This document shows, piece by piece, positions 39,736 to 53,902 of a stretch of DNA of 64,000 nucleotides. How positions within the stretch are numbered: the stretch's first letter is position 1; the number at the start of each line of letters is the position of its first letter. The stretch is from Octopus sinensis. Lineage: Eukaryota. Made by a program: the position numbers and the translations under genes. The stretch is taken from assembly GCF_006345805.1 (NCBI RefSeq), contig NC_042998.1, positions 161,882,001-161,946,000 on the forward strand, in the 5' to 3' direction. The notes below the pieces were generated by a model. The model saw nothing but the letters and a program-made list of their open reading frames with translations. It ran no database searches and had not been told where the DNA came from.

Positions 39736-42577
39736 ACATCTATGTGAAAGTCTACTGAAGGAACTGCTCCTGTTCTTGGGTGGCAGAGTTAAACTGTTGT
39801 CCTTTTTAAAAACCTGCACCTGCACGCTAGGTGTCTTTCTCAAAATACATTCTGTTGCAGGCATTTATGTCAGGTCTTTGATTTAAAGACATGTGCCTCC
39901 TTTCCTCCAACAACTGGTGAACATCAGGGGCTTGTCTGTCTACTATACCATTGATATCTACAACCAGATTTCTTGTAAGTTTTGTAAGTTCATAAGTTTA
40001 CTAGAAATAGCAACCAATTTCCCTTAAAATAACATATTTTCATCTTAAAAGGACTTAATGGATAATATAGTCCACATGTATTGTCCAAAAATAAGATGGA
40101 ATGGTCGTGACTGGAGTGCTTTGATTATAGGTCTTCATGATCAGAATTGACCTTGGGCTTAATTGCAACAACTGTGTTAATGCTTTGTGATTATAATTTG
40201 AATATTAATGCTGAGTTCATTAGTATTGTAGAAATGCTTGGTGAAGCACTTTTTATAATGTTTCTGAAAACCTGTTTGAGTTGTCCTCTCTTTCGTTATG
40301 CTCTGAATAGAATATTACAAAAAAGGTGAAACATGGCAACCTGACAATTCTTCTTTCTTGCTTAAATAAAAACACTGGTAGATAAAAAGGGTTAAGGAAT
40401 GTGGTCATATTTAGAACTTCTTTAAGAGTGTCAAAGTTATCAATGAGACATTTCACCAAGAAGGGTTTTTGTACTGAGTAGGAGTACTGGAAAAAGAGAA
40501 AAAAAAAGGCTCATTTTGCTATTAGGCATGACTTTATAAATATGACTACATTTCTTAACCGTTAAAATCTTTGAGTGTTTTTGCATATATAAGGAAGAAA
40601 AATTGTCTGGTTGTGATGTTCAACACATTTTTATAATGACATTCAGAACATAATTGAAAGGGGGAAATCCACACTAGCTTTTGAGAAGTAGAGAGTAATA
40701 ACCAACCTTGCTTCAGGACATAACAGAATGTCTCTAGCAGCTCATGACTTCAAGACATGCTTGACTCATGTTTGCAATTTGCAGTTATGAACAAAATGAA
40801 ATTAACAATGACAACTTTTACATCAAAAAAGTAAAGATTCCCTTATTTTGGAAACTATATATATTGAAAATCCTTTATGTTGCTGTTGTAGCTGATTATT
40901 CCATGTCAGATTTGATCCAGCTTACCATTTGTAACCCTCTCATCTTGTATTCAGAATCACTTTAGAAAACACATTTTTCGTTACATCTGAGTATCATTTG
41001 AGGGAGATGGTGGCTGGTTTTTTAGCATAGAGATTTTTCTTAAATTATGATCAGCTGAGCCCTCAATGGTTAACTTCATTAAAATACTTATGAATATTTT
41101 AGAGAATAACTTTGAAGTCATTTGAAAATGGTAAAGTAGGGAACAGGAAGTAAGAAATTATTGTTCATCCTTAAATCTGTTCTGATCAAACAAACCTACA
41201 ATCTCAAAGTATGCCATCCATAAAAATCCCCTTATTCAATAAGTCAATCTGTGTTTTTTTTTTATTATATTTTTGTCCTTTTAAAGACAGTAGTATATGA
41301 TTTGAGTGTTATTTAACTGATATTTCTAGCAGAATGAGCACCCGCAATGAGGCAGCTCCCTCGATGGCTCAGGAAGTAAAGAGTATTTTTAATATCAAGA
41401 TAACGTTCTATAATATTTAAATATTTTCTTCTCTGCCCCAGCAAATACTATTCACTAATTTTAAAAAGAAGTTATTTGAATTCTGTTACCCAGGCAGGAA
41501 GTGGTACCTTTGATCAGCCATCTTTTTCTAATCTGCATATGAATTATGGATAAAAGAGAAGAAAGACCCTTTCTTTCAAAATAATATTTTCATCATATGA
41601 TTTTCTCTTCTCAAAAAAATAAAAATGAAAATAAAAGGAAAAAAAACAGGAGCAGCTACATCCATAAAATTTTAATTAAAGTGGAATATAGAAGTCAAAT
41701 AAAATGGTTGATTGGCTTTGTTTAAAAATTTATACAATATCACAGACTATATGTATATGTCAGAGTGTGTTCGTTTCTGTGTGTTTGTGCTTTTGTGTAT
41801 GTGTGTGTGTGTGAATGTGTGTGTGTGCGTGCATGTGCGTGTGTGTGCCCATGCATATATGTATATACATATATATATGGATATATATCGTTCACACACT
41901 TGCACAGATTTACATACACACATTCTTGTTTATATGCTCATATTCATATGTTATATATATATATATATATATATTTATTTATTTATATGTATGTACGCAC
42001 ACACGCATATATACATACATAGATACAGATACAAATAGAGATATATAATATAGATATATGTATTTGTGCTTTTATATATGTTTATGTATATGCATGTGTG
42101 TGTGTGTGTGTATGTGTGTATATGTATATATGTCATGAGTGCACATTTATATGCATGCATATACGTGTTTATATGCATGGGAAGTTTATGAGTGTTCATA
42201 TATTGGTATATGTAAAACTATGCATATTTTTGCACTTGTTTCTATAGAAATATTGGTGCGTAATGGTTTTTCAGAAATGAAATTTTTAAAACAAAATAAT
42301 CATACATATACAGTTTAGCTCCCATTATTGGATGATAGTTTTATTCTATTCCATCATTCACCATCTAAAATTCTTGGTTTTGTGACTCATTTTGTAATGT
42401 TGTTGTGCTAAATTATTTCTGTGTCCAGAGAAGCTAGCTTTGATTGAGATACCGGTAAAGCTTGTCCAGCTTATAAAAATATGTTGAAAGTGAGTGTTTA
42501 ATTTTTATTTCATATTTGTGCCATTACCAATATGTTAGAACCAATCCATAAATTAATGTCTGCTGATTCATGCAGTT

Positions 42578-42650
42578 CTTTTATAATTCATCCTTGAAGA
42601 ATTTTAGCCAAACTTTTATAATTCATCCTTGAAGAATTTTAGCCAAACTT
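42578..42650. repeat. 35-bp perfect tandem duplication
   Basis: cttttataattcatccttgaagaattttagccaaa occurs twice. Confidence 0.9.
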
Positions 42651-43000
42651 ATCAACCCATTACTTTATTACTGTTTTGTAAAATCTGTTTTTTATTTTAT
42701 CGGTCTCTTTTGCTGAACCACTAAGTTATGGGGATATAAACACACCAACACCAGGGAACAAACACATACACAAAAACACACATACACAAATACAAACGCA
42801 CACACACACACACATACACATACACACACACATACACACATATATGACACACTTCTTTCAGTTTCCATTTACTAAATCCTCTCACAAGGCTTTGGTCAGC
42901 CTGTAGCTATAGTAGAAGACACTTGACCAAAGTACCACACAGTGGGACTGAACCTGGAACCATGTAGTTTGGAAGCAAACTTCTTACCACACGGCCACAA
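42600..43000 (-). mobile_element. SINE family A
   Basis: Reverse-complement match. Further copies or fragments at about 8905-9062, 9665-9822, 36060-36535, 37460-37980, 44170-44790, 55990-56255, 59280-59530, 59655-59915 and 60960-61125. Confidence 0.85.
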
Positions 43001-43049
43001 TGAGTAAATATGTAAAAAGAATAAAAAACAACAAACAAATAATGTATTC

Positions 43050-43505
43050 ATATTGGCTTCAAATTTTGACAAAAGGCCAGTAAGTTTGGGAGAGGGGGTA
43101 AGTCGATTACATCAACCCCCAGTGCTCAACTGGTACTTAATTTATTGACCCTGAAGGGATTAAAAACAAAGCTGACCTCAATGGAATTTGAAATCAGAAT
43201 TTACAAACAAATGAAGTACCACTAAGCATTTTGCTTAGCATGCTAATGATTCTGCCAGCTTCCCACCTTAATAATAATAATAATAATATTGGTTTCAAAT
43301 TTCGGCTCAAGGCCAGCAATTTCTGGTTAGTGGGTAAATTAATTACATTGACCCCTGTCACTCAATGGGAACCTATCTTATCAACCCTGAAAGGATGAAA
43401 GACAAAGTTGACCATGGTGGAATTTGAACTCAGAACACCAAGCTGGACAAAATGCTGCTAAGAAATTTGCCTGGCATGCTAACAGCTCTGCCAGCTTACT
43501 TCCTT
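43050..43505 (-). mobile_element. Two head-to-tail SINE family B copies
   Basis: Separated by a (TAA)n run. Confidence 0.85.
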
Positions 43506-43876
43506 AAATAATGTATCCATATTAAATTGTTTAATTAGCTTCCACACAGTTTCCATCTTCCAAATTCCCTCACAAAGCATTGGTTGACCCAGGGGCACAG
43601 TAGAAGTTTATATGACCATAAGTGAATATTTTGTCAGATAAGGTACATATACCTATGAGTTTATCATTTGTCTTTGTCCTAATTTATTCAGCTTTATGTC
43701 TGCAGAGTAAAACAGTTTTATGATTTTAGCATTATGATTTCAAAGTTGAGTAACTGAAGTGATATTTTTGGTTCCATGATTAAATTTTGTCGGATGAAAA
43801 TGTGGAAAGTGTAGGAGACATTACTTTTGCTGAGTTATCTTTCATCTGCACTCATGCTGAGGCACCACATTTAGTT

Positions 43877-44152
43877 TAGGGGTTCTCATCCATTTTTTGG
43901 TGTATGGATCCTTTTGATTACTATTTCAGTTTGATGGATCCCCATAGCCACTCAATGTGTTTCACACATTCACTTGTATAGGTTGAACTATGTAAAACAT
44001 GAGAGAAAGAAACCTAGCTGTTTCTTGCAATACCTACCAATACATTCATCTAAAGCAAAAATGTTTTCAGGGGTCCTTAAAATACTGTTGTGGATGCCCA
44101 GATTATTATTTTGTCATGTGGACCTTATATGGACCTCAGTTGAGAACCACTG
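43877..44152 (-). mobile_element. hAT (Buster/Charlie-type) MITE
   Basis: TIRs taggggttctca / tgagaaccactg; 8-bp target duplication atttagtt/gtttagtt; reverse-complement homolog of 62977-63308. Confidence 0.8.
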
Positions 44153-45573
44153 GTTTAGTTGAACAAATAAACCCCTGTATATATATATTTTTAAAGTCTA
44201 GTACTTATCATGTTGCTCTCTTTTGCTGAACCATTAAGTTATAGGGATGTAAACAAACCAAAACTGGGTGTCAAATGGTTAGCTTTTTTTGAGCTTGGAG
44301 TATCTGGTGCAGCAAAGTGGAGGGCTATAAATTCCATCACTGAAGCTGCAAAGAAGACCATTAGGAGGCTTTGGAAAAGCGGAGCAGATTAATGGTTTGC
44401 TGTTTTTAGGAGCCAACTGTACAAAGAGGTTGGATGTTGAAAGATCTGAAATCCCCCAATATCTCAAAAGCATCACTGACAATGCAGTTCTGAGCATTTG
44501 CAAGATGTATCTTAAAACTATTACTCTCTTTTGCTGAAACATCTAGTTACAGAGTCATAAACAAACCAACACCAGCTGCCTCAGTAATGGTGAGGAACAA
44601 AGAATAACAGAGGCACACACACACACTCGACAAGCTTTCACACAGTTTTCATCTACCAGATTCACTCAGGAGGTACTGGTTGGTCCAGGTTCATAGGAAA
44701 AGATATTTGAAGAAGGTGCTGTGCAGTGGGACTGAACCTGAAAGCACCTGCTTATAAAGTGAGCTTCCTAACCACACAACCATTACTCATCCATTAAAAT
44801 GATGTGCTCCCTCTCACTTATGTTTTTTGAATCACGAAGTTGTTGGTCCTGAATAAATAGAAAATGGTCATTTAACCTACTAGAAATAACAACCACATCT
44901 CTCTCAAATCAAGGAAGGACGTATTGAGTAATATAGTGTTAGATACCTCTAAAAAGACAGGATGGCCATGGTTGAAATGCAACTAAACATTAATCTAATC
45001 AATCAATACTGATCTGGGAATAACACACAGCAAGTCTTATTTAAAATGGTGTGGTGCTTACAAATCAGTAAAGCCTTAAATTTTAACTGGTTTATAACAT
45101 GAAAGTTTCATAAATTTTTTCTGATTAGCTTCAACAAGGATGTTGAAACTGATTTTCAATTTGTGTGTGTCTTTGTGTGTGTGATGGCCACCAAGGCATT
45201 CTAAATTAATATTTTTCTTAATTTTCTTCTTAAGGAGACCAGAAATAATTAATTAACTGACTCTCCAACATTATAGAGATATAAGATAACCTTACACATG
45301 TGAGCTTAAGGTAAAAACGTATTTTTAGTCATGCTGAGAAAAATAGTTATCATGATTAAATCACGTTTCTGTCCTTGTAACTAGAAAAAGGAGATCATGC
45401 TGACCAGTTTCAGTATTTTTTACTGCTTTATCAGATACTGTTAGTAATTTTTTCTGACCACAGAGAAAACTGTAGTTTATAGATATTTATTGTATGCACA
45501 AAGTCGCAGAGAACTAAATTGGTTTGCTTTAATTTGTGTAACATTTGCATAAATAGAGGAAACATTTTAATTA

Positions 45574-46927
45574 TGAGGTGGTATCAAAGAGTTCCAGGAC
45601 TAGTTATGTTTAATAAATAATAACTTACCATAAAACCCCAAGTAATTTGCCCAGGTGATTTTCAGGAAAAAATAATTATTAAAAAAAAGCTTCAACTTGT
45701 GTAAAATTCGCACTCAAAAGTTTTCAGAATTACCAATATGGCCAGGGGGAAAAAGGTTTCCAATTTAGTTGTATTTAGCATAATTTCACTTACTTATGAT
45801 TAGATTTTGTTAAATTTTCATTAAATAAAAATAATATTTATTTAACAAGTATTACATTGAAAGCTATTAAATTACGAAGTGTTTGTGTTATTGATAACGA
45901 ACTTTATTATACATTTCTTGCCCACAAGAGATTATGCCTGATCTTTAGCATACTTCTGTATGTCTTCTGAAATGATGATCACAGGAAAAGTTGTTGATAA
46001 TTCTTATCAAAAAAAGCAAAGCTGATAAATACGTACAAGTGTTGCAAAATAAGTTTAGTTACCAATAAACATCAGCTTGGAGGAAACTCTACTCAACTGG
46101 CAGAGGAAGGTGACCGATCAAACTGATTATGTAAGCAGAATTCTGATAAGTCGAAAGTGTCTTCTTGTCTCAAGCTCTGATTTTCTTCCTATTCTTGTTG
46201 GTATCTTTGATATGGTGTAGCGAAATTTTAATCCCTTTCACACTTATAAAATGTCAAGCAAACTAAAAAATTTGTTATTACCATTTTAGCCGGATAGTTT
46301 GGTAGCCAGCTAAAATAAACATAAAAATCAAAAGGAGAAAATAAACAGCTTTGCAAGTTTAACTCGTTTACTGAACAAGAGCATTGCAAAATTTAAGAAG
46401 CGACTTGTTAGAATATACACATCTGTGAGGAGACATAAACAAGAATAGCAAAAATCTACTGTAGCAAAAGAATTGGTAATACATACATTACAAGTGTTCT
46501 ATGAAGAGAACATAAGATTGCTGCATAATTCAACATGAATGTAAAATGACACTAAACATCATATAAGGTACATGAAGGTTCTTGCAGGAATACTGAGTCA
46601 TATTCCCTTAGTGAGTTTACATGCACAAGCTGATGAATTTTCTCCACATTCCCAGGGGGTGACTCTTGTGGCAGGTTTCCCAAGTTTAATGCAAAAATTT
46701 CACGTTGGCTCTTTGTCCAACTTCCTGTCCATGACAAAATCACAGACTACAGTATACATATGATCATAAAAAACATGAATTTCACAACTTGCAAAGTAAA
46801 CGCAGCAATATCATTCGGCCCACTGCCTCATGAAGGTCACTACTAGCTCTCACTGCACACATAACCATGTGCTTCCATCTGTTGGCATGCTACAAAACTA
46901 GTCAGGGAACTTTTTGATATCACCTTG
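45574..46927 (-). mobile_element. Internally deleted mariner element
   Basis: TIRs tgaggtggtatcaaagagttccaggactagtt (45574) and aactagtcagggaactttttgatatcaccttg (to 46927), both TA-flanked; minus-strand N-terminal transposase remnant including GNVEKIHQLVH. Confidence 0.75.
45620..46440 (-). mobile_element. Possible pogo/Tc2-like relic nested in the mariner element
   Basis: End sequence taccataaaaccccaagtaat; minus-strand IISEDIQKYAK resembles a CENP-B-type HTH. Confidence 0.35.
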
Positions 46928-48139
46928 TATTTATTGTATACACAAAGTAGGAGAGAATTAAATTGGTTTGCCCTAATTTGTATAACATTTGCATAAATGT
47001 TGGAAACATTTTAATTAGTTAGAAACACTGTGCAGTGTTTGGGTAAAAAGGGATGTAAGGAAAAATGACAAGTATGTGTTTTGAGAGCAAACACACATCA
47101 TTAGCTTTGCAGTGAAAATGGGTGTCCCGTGCAAAGCATTTTTGTAAGTCTGTCCTAAATGTTCATATTTACTTGCAGACTTTTAGTTAGCCCTTGTTTG
47201 TTTCATATGTTCTGAGTAATATAAAGCTTTATTTTCATACATCATAAGTTACTCTAGTGGCTGGAAAAAACTGGAAATGTGTATCATATAAGATGTATAG
47301 ACACCAGGGAAATATGTTCTGTGTATAACATCTAATACATAGGACAGGCAAATGGTTAAACTACATGTTTTTCTGTTAGTGGACAGTAAAAGCAAATTGA
47401 TTTGACTAGTTGCTGAAAATGCCATTATTCTGTTTAAGTCCAAAACCCATTTTTCTATAGGTCTATAATTCTAAGGATGGCAAAGAGTGGTTGTATTATA
47501 CTGAAAAGTCACACTATTCTTCTGTGCAATAACTATTGACAACTCCACAATGAAAGTAATCAATTGAAAGATTAATCTGAAGTAACTCTCATTTACCATG
47601 TTAAAAAATACCATATTGTTGTTGTTTATGAATGCTTAAAGAACAGTAAACTTGATTTGTGTTTTATAGATTCTTGATTCACATTCACTTATTGAATTTA
47701 AGGACTGAAACATTTTGTTATATGCAATATGTAAATATTAGAGCCATTGGTTACAGGTTGGTCCACTTCTAGGAGCAGCAATTATAAGGCAACATCTGTT
47801 ATATGGTGTAGGCCAAATACATTTAAGGACTCCATTCTTAAAGCACTCATTTTGCTTTTCTCAATAATATTTATATTTTTTACCAGTATGCATTGGCAAT
47901 GTATATACATATACACACACACACATATCTATAAATATTCAAAAGTATTTTCATAATTTCCATTTACTAAACTTCACTTAATTAAAATGAAAATGTGGCA
48001 TTTATAATAATTAATTGCTTAAGATTTGGAAAGCCTCTACATCAGTTAAGTTCTGTTGAAGAAGAAATATACAAATTTTTAAAAATAATTCATGTGCTTC
48101 ATTTTTCTGTTTAGTCTAACGAAATGATTGAGTGATTGC

Positions 48140-48400
48140 TGACTAAACTGGCACCTTACTAGATTCACCCAATGAGGAAGGTTCATTAAGAAAATAAAAG
48201 TTATCAAAAGAGGATGAGTCATTTGAGAGCCAATGGCACCTGTATCCTAGGGAATGGGTGGGCATCACCAAGATTATGAAGCCCAATGAAAAATTTGAAT
48301 GGAAATTATGCTGATTTAATAACAACTGGAAGCTCAAGACTGAGAATGGTGGAAAGGACTGGTAAAAGAAATTCAGGTACTTGATGGTGCAAATGCTTTG
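48140..48400 (+). mobile_element. Highly decayed RTE LINE 3' relic
   Basis: LNWH...KKIK...EAQD*EWWKGLV pattern with many stops. Confidence 0.4.
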
Positions 48401-49672
48401 GGAATGACTTAGCTTGCTGTCCTTGTGCATCTCTTTTTCGCTTTTTTACTTTTGATATCTAACAAATAATATTTTTCATATTAATATTTGGTCACTTTTA
48501 CCATTCCAGTGTGAAGCTGCATGGTATTTAAACTATTTTTTCCCCTGTAATTCATGGACAAGTCTTGAAAGATTAATTGTCTTAATTTATAACTTGTTAT
48601 TAATACTAACACCACCTGACCCTTAGGTACCTTTAGTGGAAATTACTCTCTTGCAAGTGCTTAAACTAGATTTCTAGCCTAAGGATGATATCTCACCTTT
48701 CTCCTGCCAAATCCTGAAGCTATAGAAAGCATCATAGATGTTGCTCTTCCTCCTCTGACTATAATAGTAGAAAAAAAAAACTTTAGAAAAATCAAACTTC
48801 CTTTAATCTCATCACACATACACACATGCACATGCACACAAGCACACACACACACACACACACACATGCACACAAGCACACACACACACACACTCTGTAA
48901 ATGTTTATAGATTTCCTTGTAATATTTGTGCTATTTACTCCTCAGCACCAGTATTCATTTACAAAAACTTGTCTGTGACATGATGCATACTAGTAACCTA
49001 CACTGCAGTCCCAAATCCCAGCTATTAACTATTCTCTGTGGTTATATAACAAGAGTATTGATGTTTTGACGCAAACAATATGTATCTTCAATAAGAAATA
49101 TTAGTAGACAAACTGCAAGAAACTTTTCAGTCATTTTGCTGCGCTATCCATCAATTTTCATGAATTCCTGACGGATTCAACCAAACTTTTGTTGTCTATC
49201 ATAGAGCTCATCTGCTCTATGTTACAGTTTATCAAGGGAGTTGGAAAATACTGTCTAATATCCATTTAGAAATGAAAAAGTTCTTCTAAAGATATAAATA
49301 ATTTTTGTTTTAGTAAACAATTTACAAGGATCATAAAGTAATATATATCGACAAGATAGCTCAATGTATTTAATGATTTATTAAATCTTTCTTATTTACT
49401 GATATACTGTGAATATAGGTAAGAGCCAGTTTTAGTATTAATATAACTACTTATAGCAGTTACACCTGTCAGATTTTATCAATACACCCAAATGACGAAC
49501 ACTTGCAATAATGCATGAAATTGACCATTTAGTTTTAGCTTTAAGGGTCTATCACACAGCTACTATTCTGACATATTAAAAACTGTAAATTTACTCATGC
49601 AGATATATTTCCCTATATACATGAACACTTCTACAAACACTTATATATAAAATATCAAGATTTATGTCCATT

Positions 49673-51244
49673 TTCTTCTGTTTAGTGACTTCATTAAGTC
49701 AGGAAGGGACAATGCCCATAACCTTCTCCAGGATCTCCATGACTGTTTTGACATCATGTGGTCCCAGTTCATTTTGTGGTTTGGTGGCTTATGAGCCTCA
49801 GTGACCCTGAGAGTTGTGCCAGTGGAATGCAAGCTCCTGGGAGGGCAACCTGTGCTAGATGGTTCAAAGGATTGAAACCAGGCTAATATAAACTACCTCA
49901 TCCCAGATGTCAAAATGGGTTTGCATAGGATCCAAAATCCTTGCCTAGAATTACCTAGTTACCTAGAAAAAAGCATCAATGGACATTCAAAATCAATAAG
50001 TCCAGAGAGAGGAGCGCCTTCTTGTGGAAATTACTGTAAAAGTAGCGCTAAGCAATGTTTAGGCATAAGCAAAGTTTAGGGTAGTTAAAATGATTACATC
50101 ACCATCAGTTCATTGCAGGAGAGTTCACCACCATCAATTCATGATGAAGAAAGTTTGCTGTGAGGAGATGTTTTACAGTGAAGTTTCCTATCTGTTGACT
50201 AAAGACATAAGAGTTCAAAAATAACGTTTTTTTTATTCTTTTATTGTGAATTTATCTCTCCATAAATTTTCCTTGTGAGGAACGTTCCTCACAGTGAATA
50301 TTCCTTACAGTAAACTTTCCCTGTCGTAAATTGATGACAGTGAACTTACTAGACATGAGTTAAAAAAGGATAAAAGGCAAATTCACTTCAGGTGCCATAG
50401 AGAAAATTTTCTCTTATGGTAAAACAGTGTAAAAACAGCATATCTGTTCAGTGTCACTGCCTCTTAGGATTCTCAGACACTATTGTTTCTAGCTCCTCAG
50501 CTGTTATTAATGGGAAATATCTAAGAAAGGCAACTCTTGACAAAACTTATCAAAGCTATAGCTTTAATTAAAATAAAGTCAACAACATTGACTGATTTGC
50601 AACAGTAGGCTGCCAGGTCATGGAAATTACTGTAATATTTGCACCATGCAGTGTTTAGGCAAAAGAGATAATTTTCACCATGGTAACTGCAGTGAATTTG
50701 CCTTTTAGCAGTTGGAACGTCACAAACATATTTTAACCACCCTAAAATTTGCTTATCTGGGACATCTGGGATGAGGTAGTTTATATTAGCCTGGTCTCAA
50801 TCCTTTGACCCATCTAGCACAGGATGTCCTCCCAGGAGCTTGCATTCCACTGGTACAGCTGTTGGGGTCACTGAGTCTTATAAGCCACCACACCACAAAA
50901 TAAACTGGGACCACATGGTGTCAAAACAGTCATGGAAACCCTGGAGAAGGTTATGGGCACTGTCCCTTCCTGACTTAATGAAGTCACTAAACAGAAGAAA
51001 TACTGCTTGGTGCTAATATTATGGTAATTTCCATGACCTGGTGATCTACTGGCAGAAGCCAGTCAATGTTGATGACTGTATTTTAGTTAAAGCTTTCACT
51101 TTGATGTCTGAGAATTCTGACAGGCAGTAACACAGGACAGATATGGTATTTTTACACCTTTTATCATAAGAGAAAAATTTCTCCACAGCGACTGCAGTGA
51201 ATTTACCTTTTAGCAGTTGAAATATATCACAAACATATTTTAAC

Positions 51245-51245
<1 letters not shown>
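49673..51245. repeat. Complex inverted/direct repeat cluster
   Basis: 49673-49911 is inverted at 50761-50999; about 50365-50655 is inverted at about 51000-51215; 50670-50740 recurs directly at 51175-51245. Confidence 0.8.
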
Positions 51246-51285
<40 letters not shown>

Positions 51286-52269
51286 CATATATATACAAAT
51301 TAGTGTATATAAATTTTTATGCATATGTATATATATAATTGTGTATACATACATACATGTATATTTGTTTCGCCTTGTCTTGAAATCATTGTAAATGAAT
51401 GTCATTCATTACCAATATTCTGTGTAAACATGTCTGACCATGGGGACATTAAAACTTTGCTTGAGAACATGTAAAGGTTAGCAACAGGAAGGGCATCCAA
51501 CATTAGAAAATATGCTTCAGTAAACTCTCTCTGAGCCGTGAAAACATGGAAAAGTAGACATTAAAATGATGATATCAAATATATACATACATCATACAAA
51601 CATAGAATTTAAAATCATGTTTTATTGTTGCAGAAAAATAAGTGAAACCTTTTAGCATTCAGATTACTTTGTCAATTTATTACTTATCTGTTCACATTGT
51701 TCTGAATTTATCACACATTATTTTGAAGCTTCAAGATTTCAATGGTATGTTTGTATAGTTTTAGAAATGACATTATAGAGTAGGTGTGAGAGCTTGGATC
51801 TATTCAGTTTCAACATAAAACAGGTAGAATATTTGGGCCAGAATAAAGGCTAAACAGTTAAGATGATTATATGTTGATTATTTTTTTTTTTTGTTGAATC
51901 AAATAAAGGGTTGTAGATTGTTGATTTAATAGAACACCAGAGAAAATATATTCTGGTATTTAAGTACAACCTTCTATACTCAGAGTTCAAATCCCATTGG
52001 AGTCAACTTTGGCTCTCATTCTTCTAAGGTCAATAAAATAAGTAGCAACCAAGATATGGTGGTGGGGAGAAGAAGGGTTGATTTAATCAAGTGTTCTATT
52101 CCTTAAAATGTATGGCCTTGTGCCAAACTTAGGTGTCATTATTAAATCAAATAATACTTTATCAATAAGTGAAAACAAATACCAAAACAGGGCTATTTCT
52201 CATCAGATTCGAAGATTCTTTTCCTCATAATAAACAAATGCAAAAGAAACTAATAAAAATTCAGCTTCT

Positions 52270-52860
52270 CACTAAATCACTCTCTCTCTCTCTTTCTCAA
52301 CCTTCATCTCTCTTCCTCTCTTGTATCTTTCCTTCCCTTTCTTTCTCCTGCCCTCTCACTTACTTTTTTTGTCTCTCTTTACTTCTCCTTCACTTTTGCT
52401 CTCATTTCCTCTCTTTACCTTTCTTTATCTCTATCTCTTTCTCTCACAATTTTATTGTCACTGTTTCAGCTTCATGACAACCACTGCTCTCTCTCTTAGC
52501 TCTCTGTAGCTCTCTTTCTCTCTATCTCTCTCTCTCTCTGGCTCTCCTTCCTTTCTCCTTCTGTAGCTCTCTTTTCCTCCCTCTCTTAGCTCTCTTCTAT
52601 TTTCTCATTCCTTACTCTTGCACTATTTGACACTGATTATAATCTCTCTCTTTCTTTTCCCACCCATCTTTCTTTATATAATTCCTTCATGTTCATTCTT
52701 CTTTCCCATCACCCACCCTTTCCCTACCCTATACGCATACATGCCTTCATCTTGTACCACTAAATTTCCAATTCTATCTCACTTCCTCTCCTTCACTCCT
52801 TATTCTTCCACATTCTATCTCACTCCATCACTATCACTTTATTAATTTCTATATACATAC
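52270..52860. repeat. CT-rich polypyrimidine low-complexity tract
   Basis: Direct inspection; a similar tract lies at 62560-62900. Confidence 0.85.
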
Positions 52861-53351
52861 CACCACCACCACCACCATCACTGTAATTAGCATTCTTCTT
52901 CTTCTTATTATTATTATTATTGTGCTCCACTTCTTTATACACCCACCCAGCCTTCTTATCTGCTGCAGGGACCAATTTAAGAATTCCAAGTAAGGATGAA
53001 AAAATATTTTAAAAAATTAAAGAAAAATAATATAAAATATAAAAGGTGTTACCATATTTGAGAGAGTTGTGAGCAAGTCTTTGGAGTTTCGCCTGAAATA
53101 ATTCTTCTTTTGAGACCATTCATCACATTTCATTCATTAGATCATGCGCTGAAGATTTATAAAGTCTGCTACACATACCGATTCCATCTCCGTTGTCTTC
53201 CCCACACTTTTAGACTTTGATTTTTATTATTTATTTAATTATTCATTTGAATTATATTTAAATGAGAAATAAATACAAATAATAATTTTGTATCTATCTC
53301 CCTTACCCTGTCTGTTGAACCATCTGTTTGTGGTTCTGTCTCTCTATCTAA

Positions 53352-53390
<39 letters not shown>

Positions 53391-53599
53391 TCTCTTTTTC
53401 TGTGTGTATGTGTGTGCAATGTGCAAAGTGTAGTATTTATTATAAAAGAGATAGAAATGAGGAAATTTTTTTAATCTTAATTTATGTGTGTGTGTGTGTA
53501 TGCCTGCATGTATATGTATGCATGTGTGTATGCATGCATAAAAATATATTCTGTGTGTTGTTTGTTTCTTTGTGTATTTAAATGACATTGCAATGTTAC

Positions 53600-53753
53600 T
53601 GTTGTTTTATAGATTTCTGTTTCATTGAATAGAAAATATAGTGCGATTTGTGTTCATATTTATATCTGTGTGTATATGTAAGTATACACAGATACATATA
53701 TGTATGCGTGTGAATGTGTGTGTATATGTATATATACATATATATATATATAA

Positions 53754-53794
<41 letters not shown>

Positions 53795-53859
53795 TAAATA
53801 TTTATGTATATATATATATATATATGCATAAGTGTATGTATACATGTGAATATATATAT

Positions 53860-53902
<43 letters not shown>

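Noticed and set aside
41331-41376. GC-rich mini-ORF MSTRNEAAPSMAQE with splice-like borders
   Set aside because: Lies in the end of a dispersed repeat also seen near 40960 and 44880.
50290-50330. CACAGTG resembling a RAG/Transib recombination heptamer
   Set aside because: No nonamer at 12 or 23 bp spacing; a 7-mer is expected by chance.
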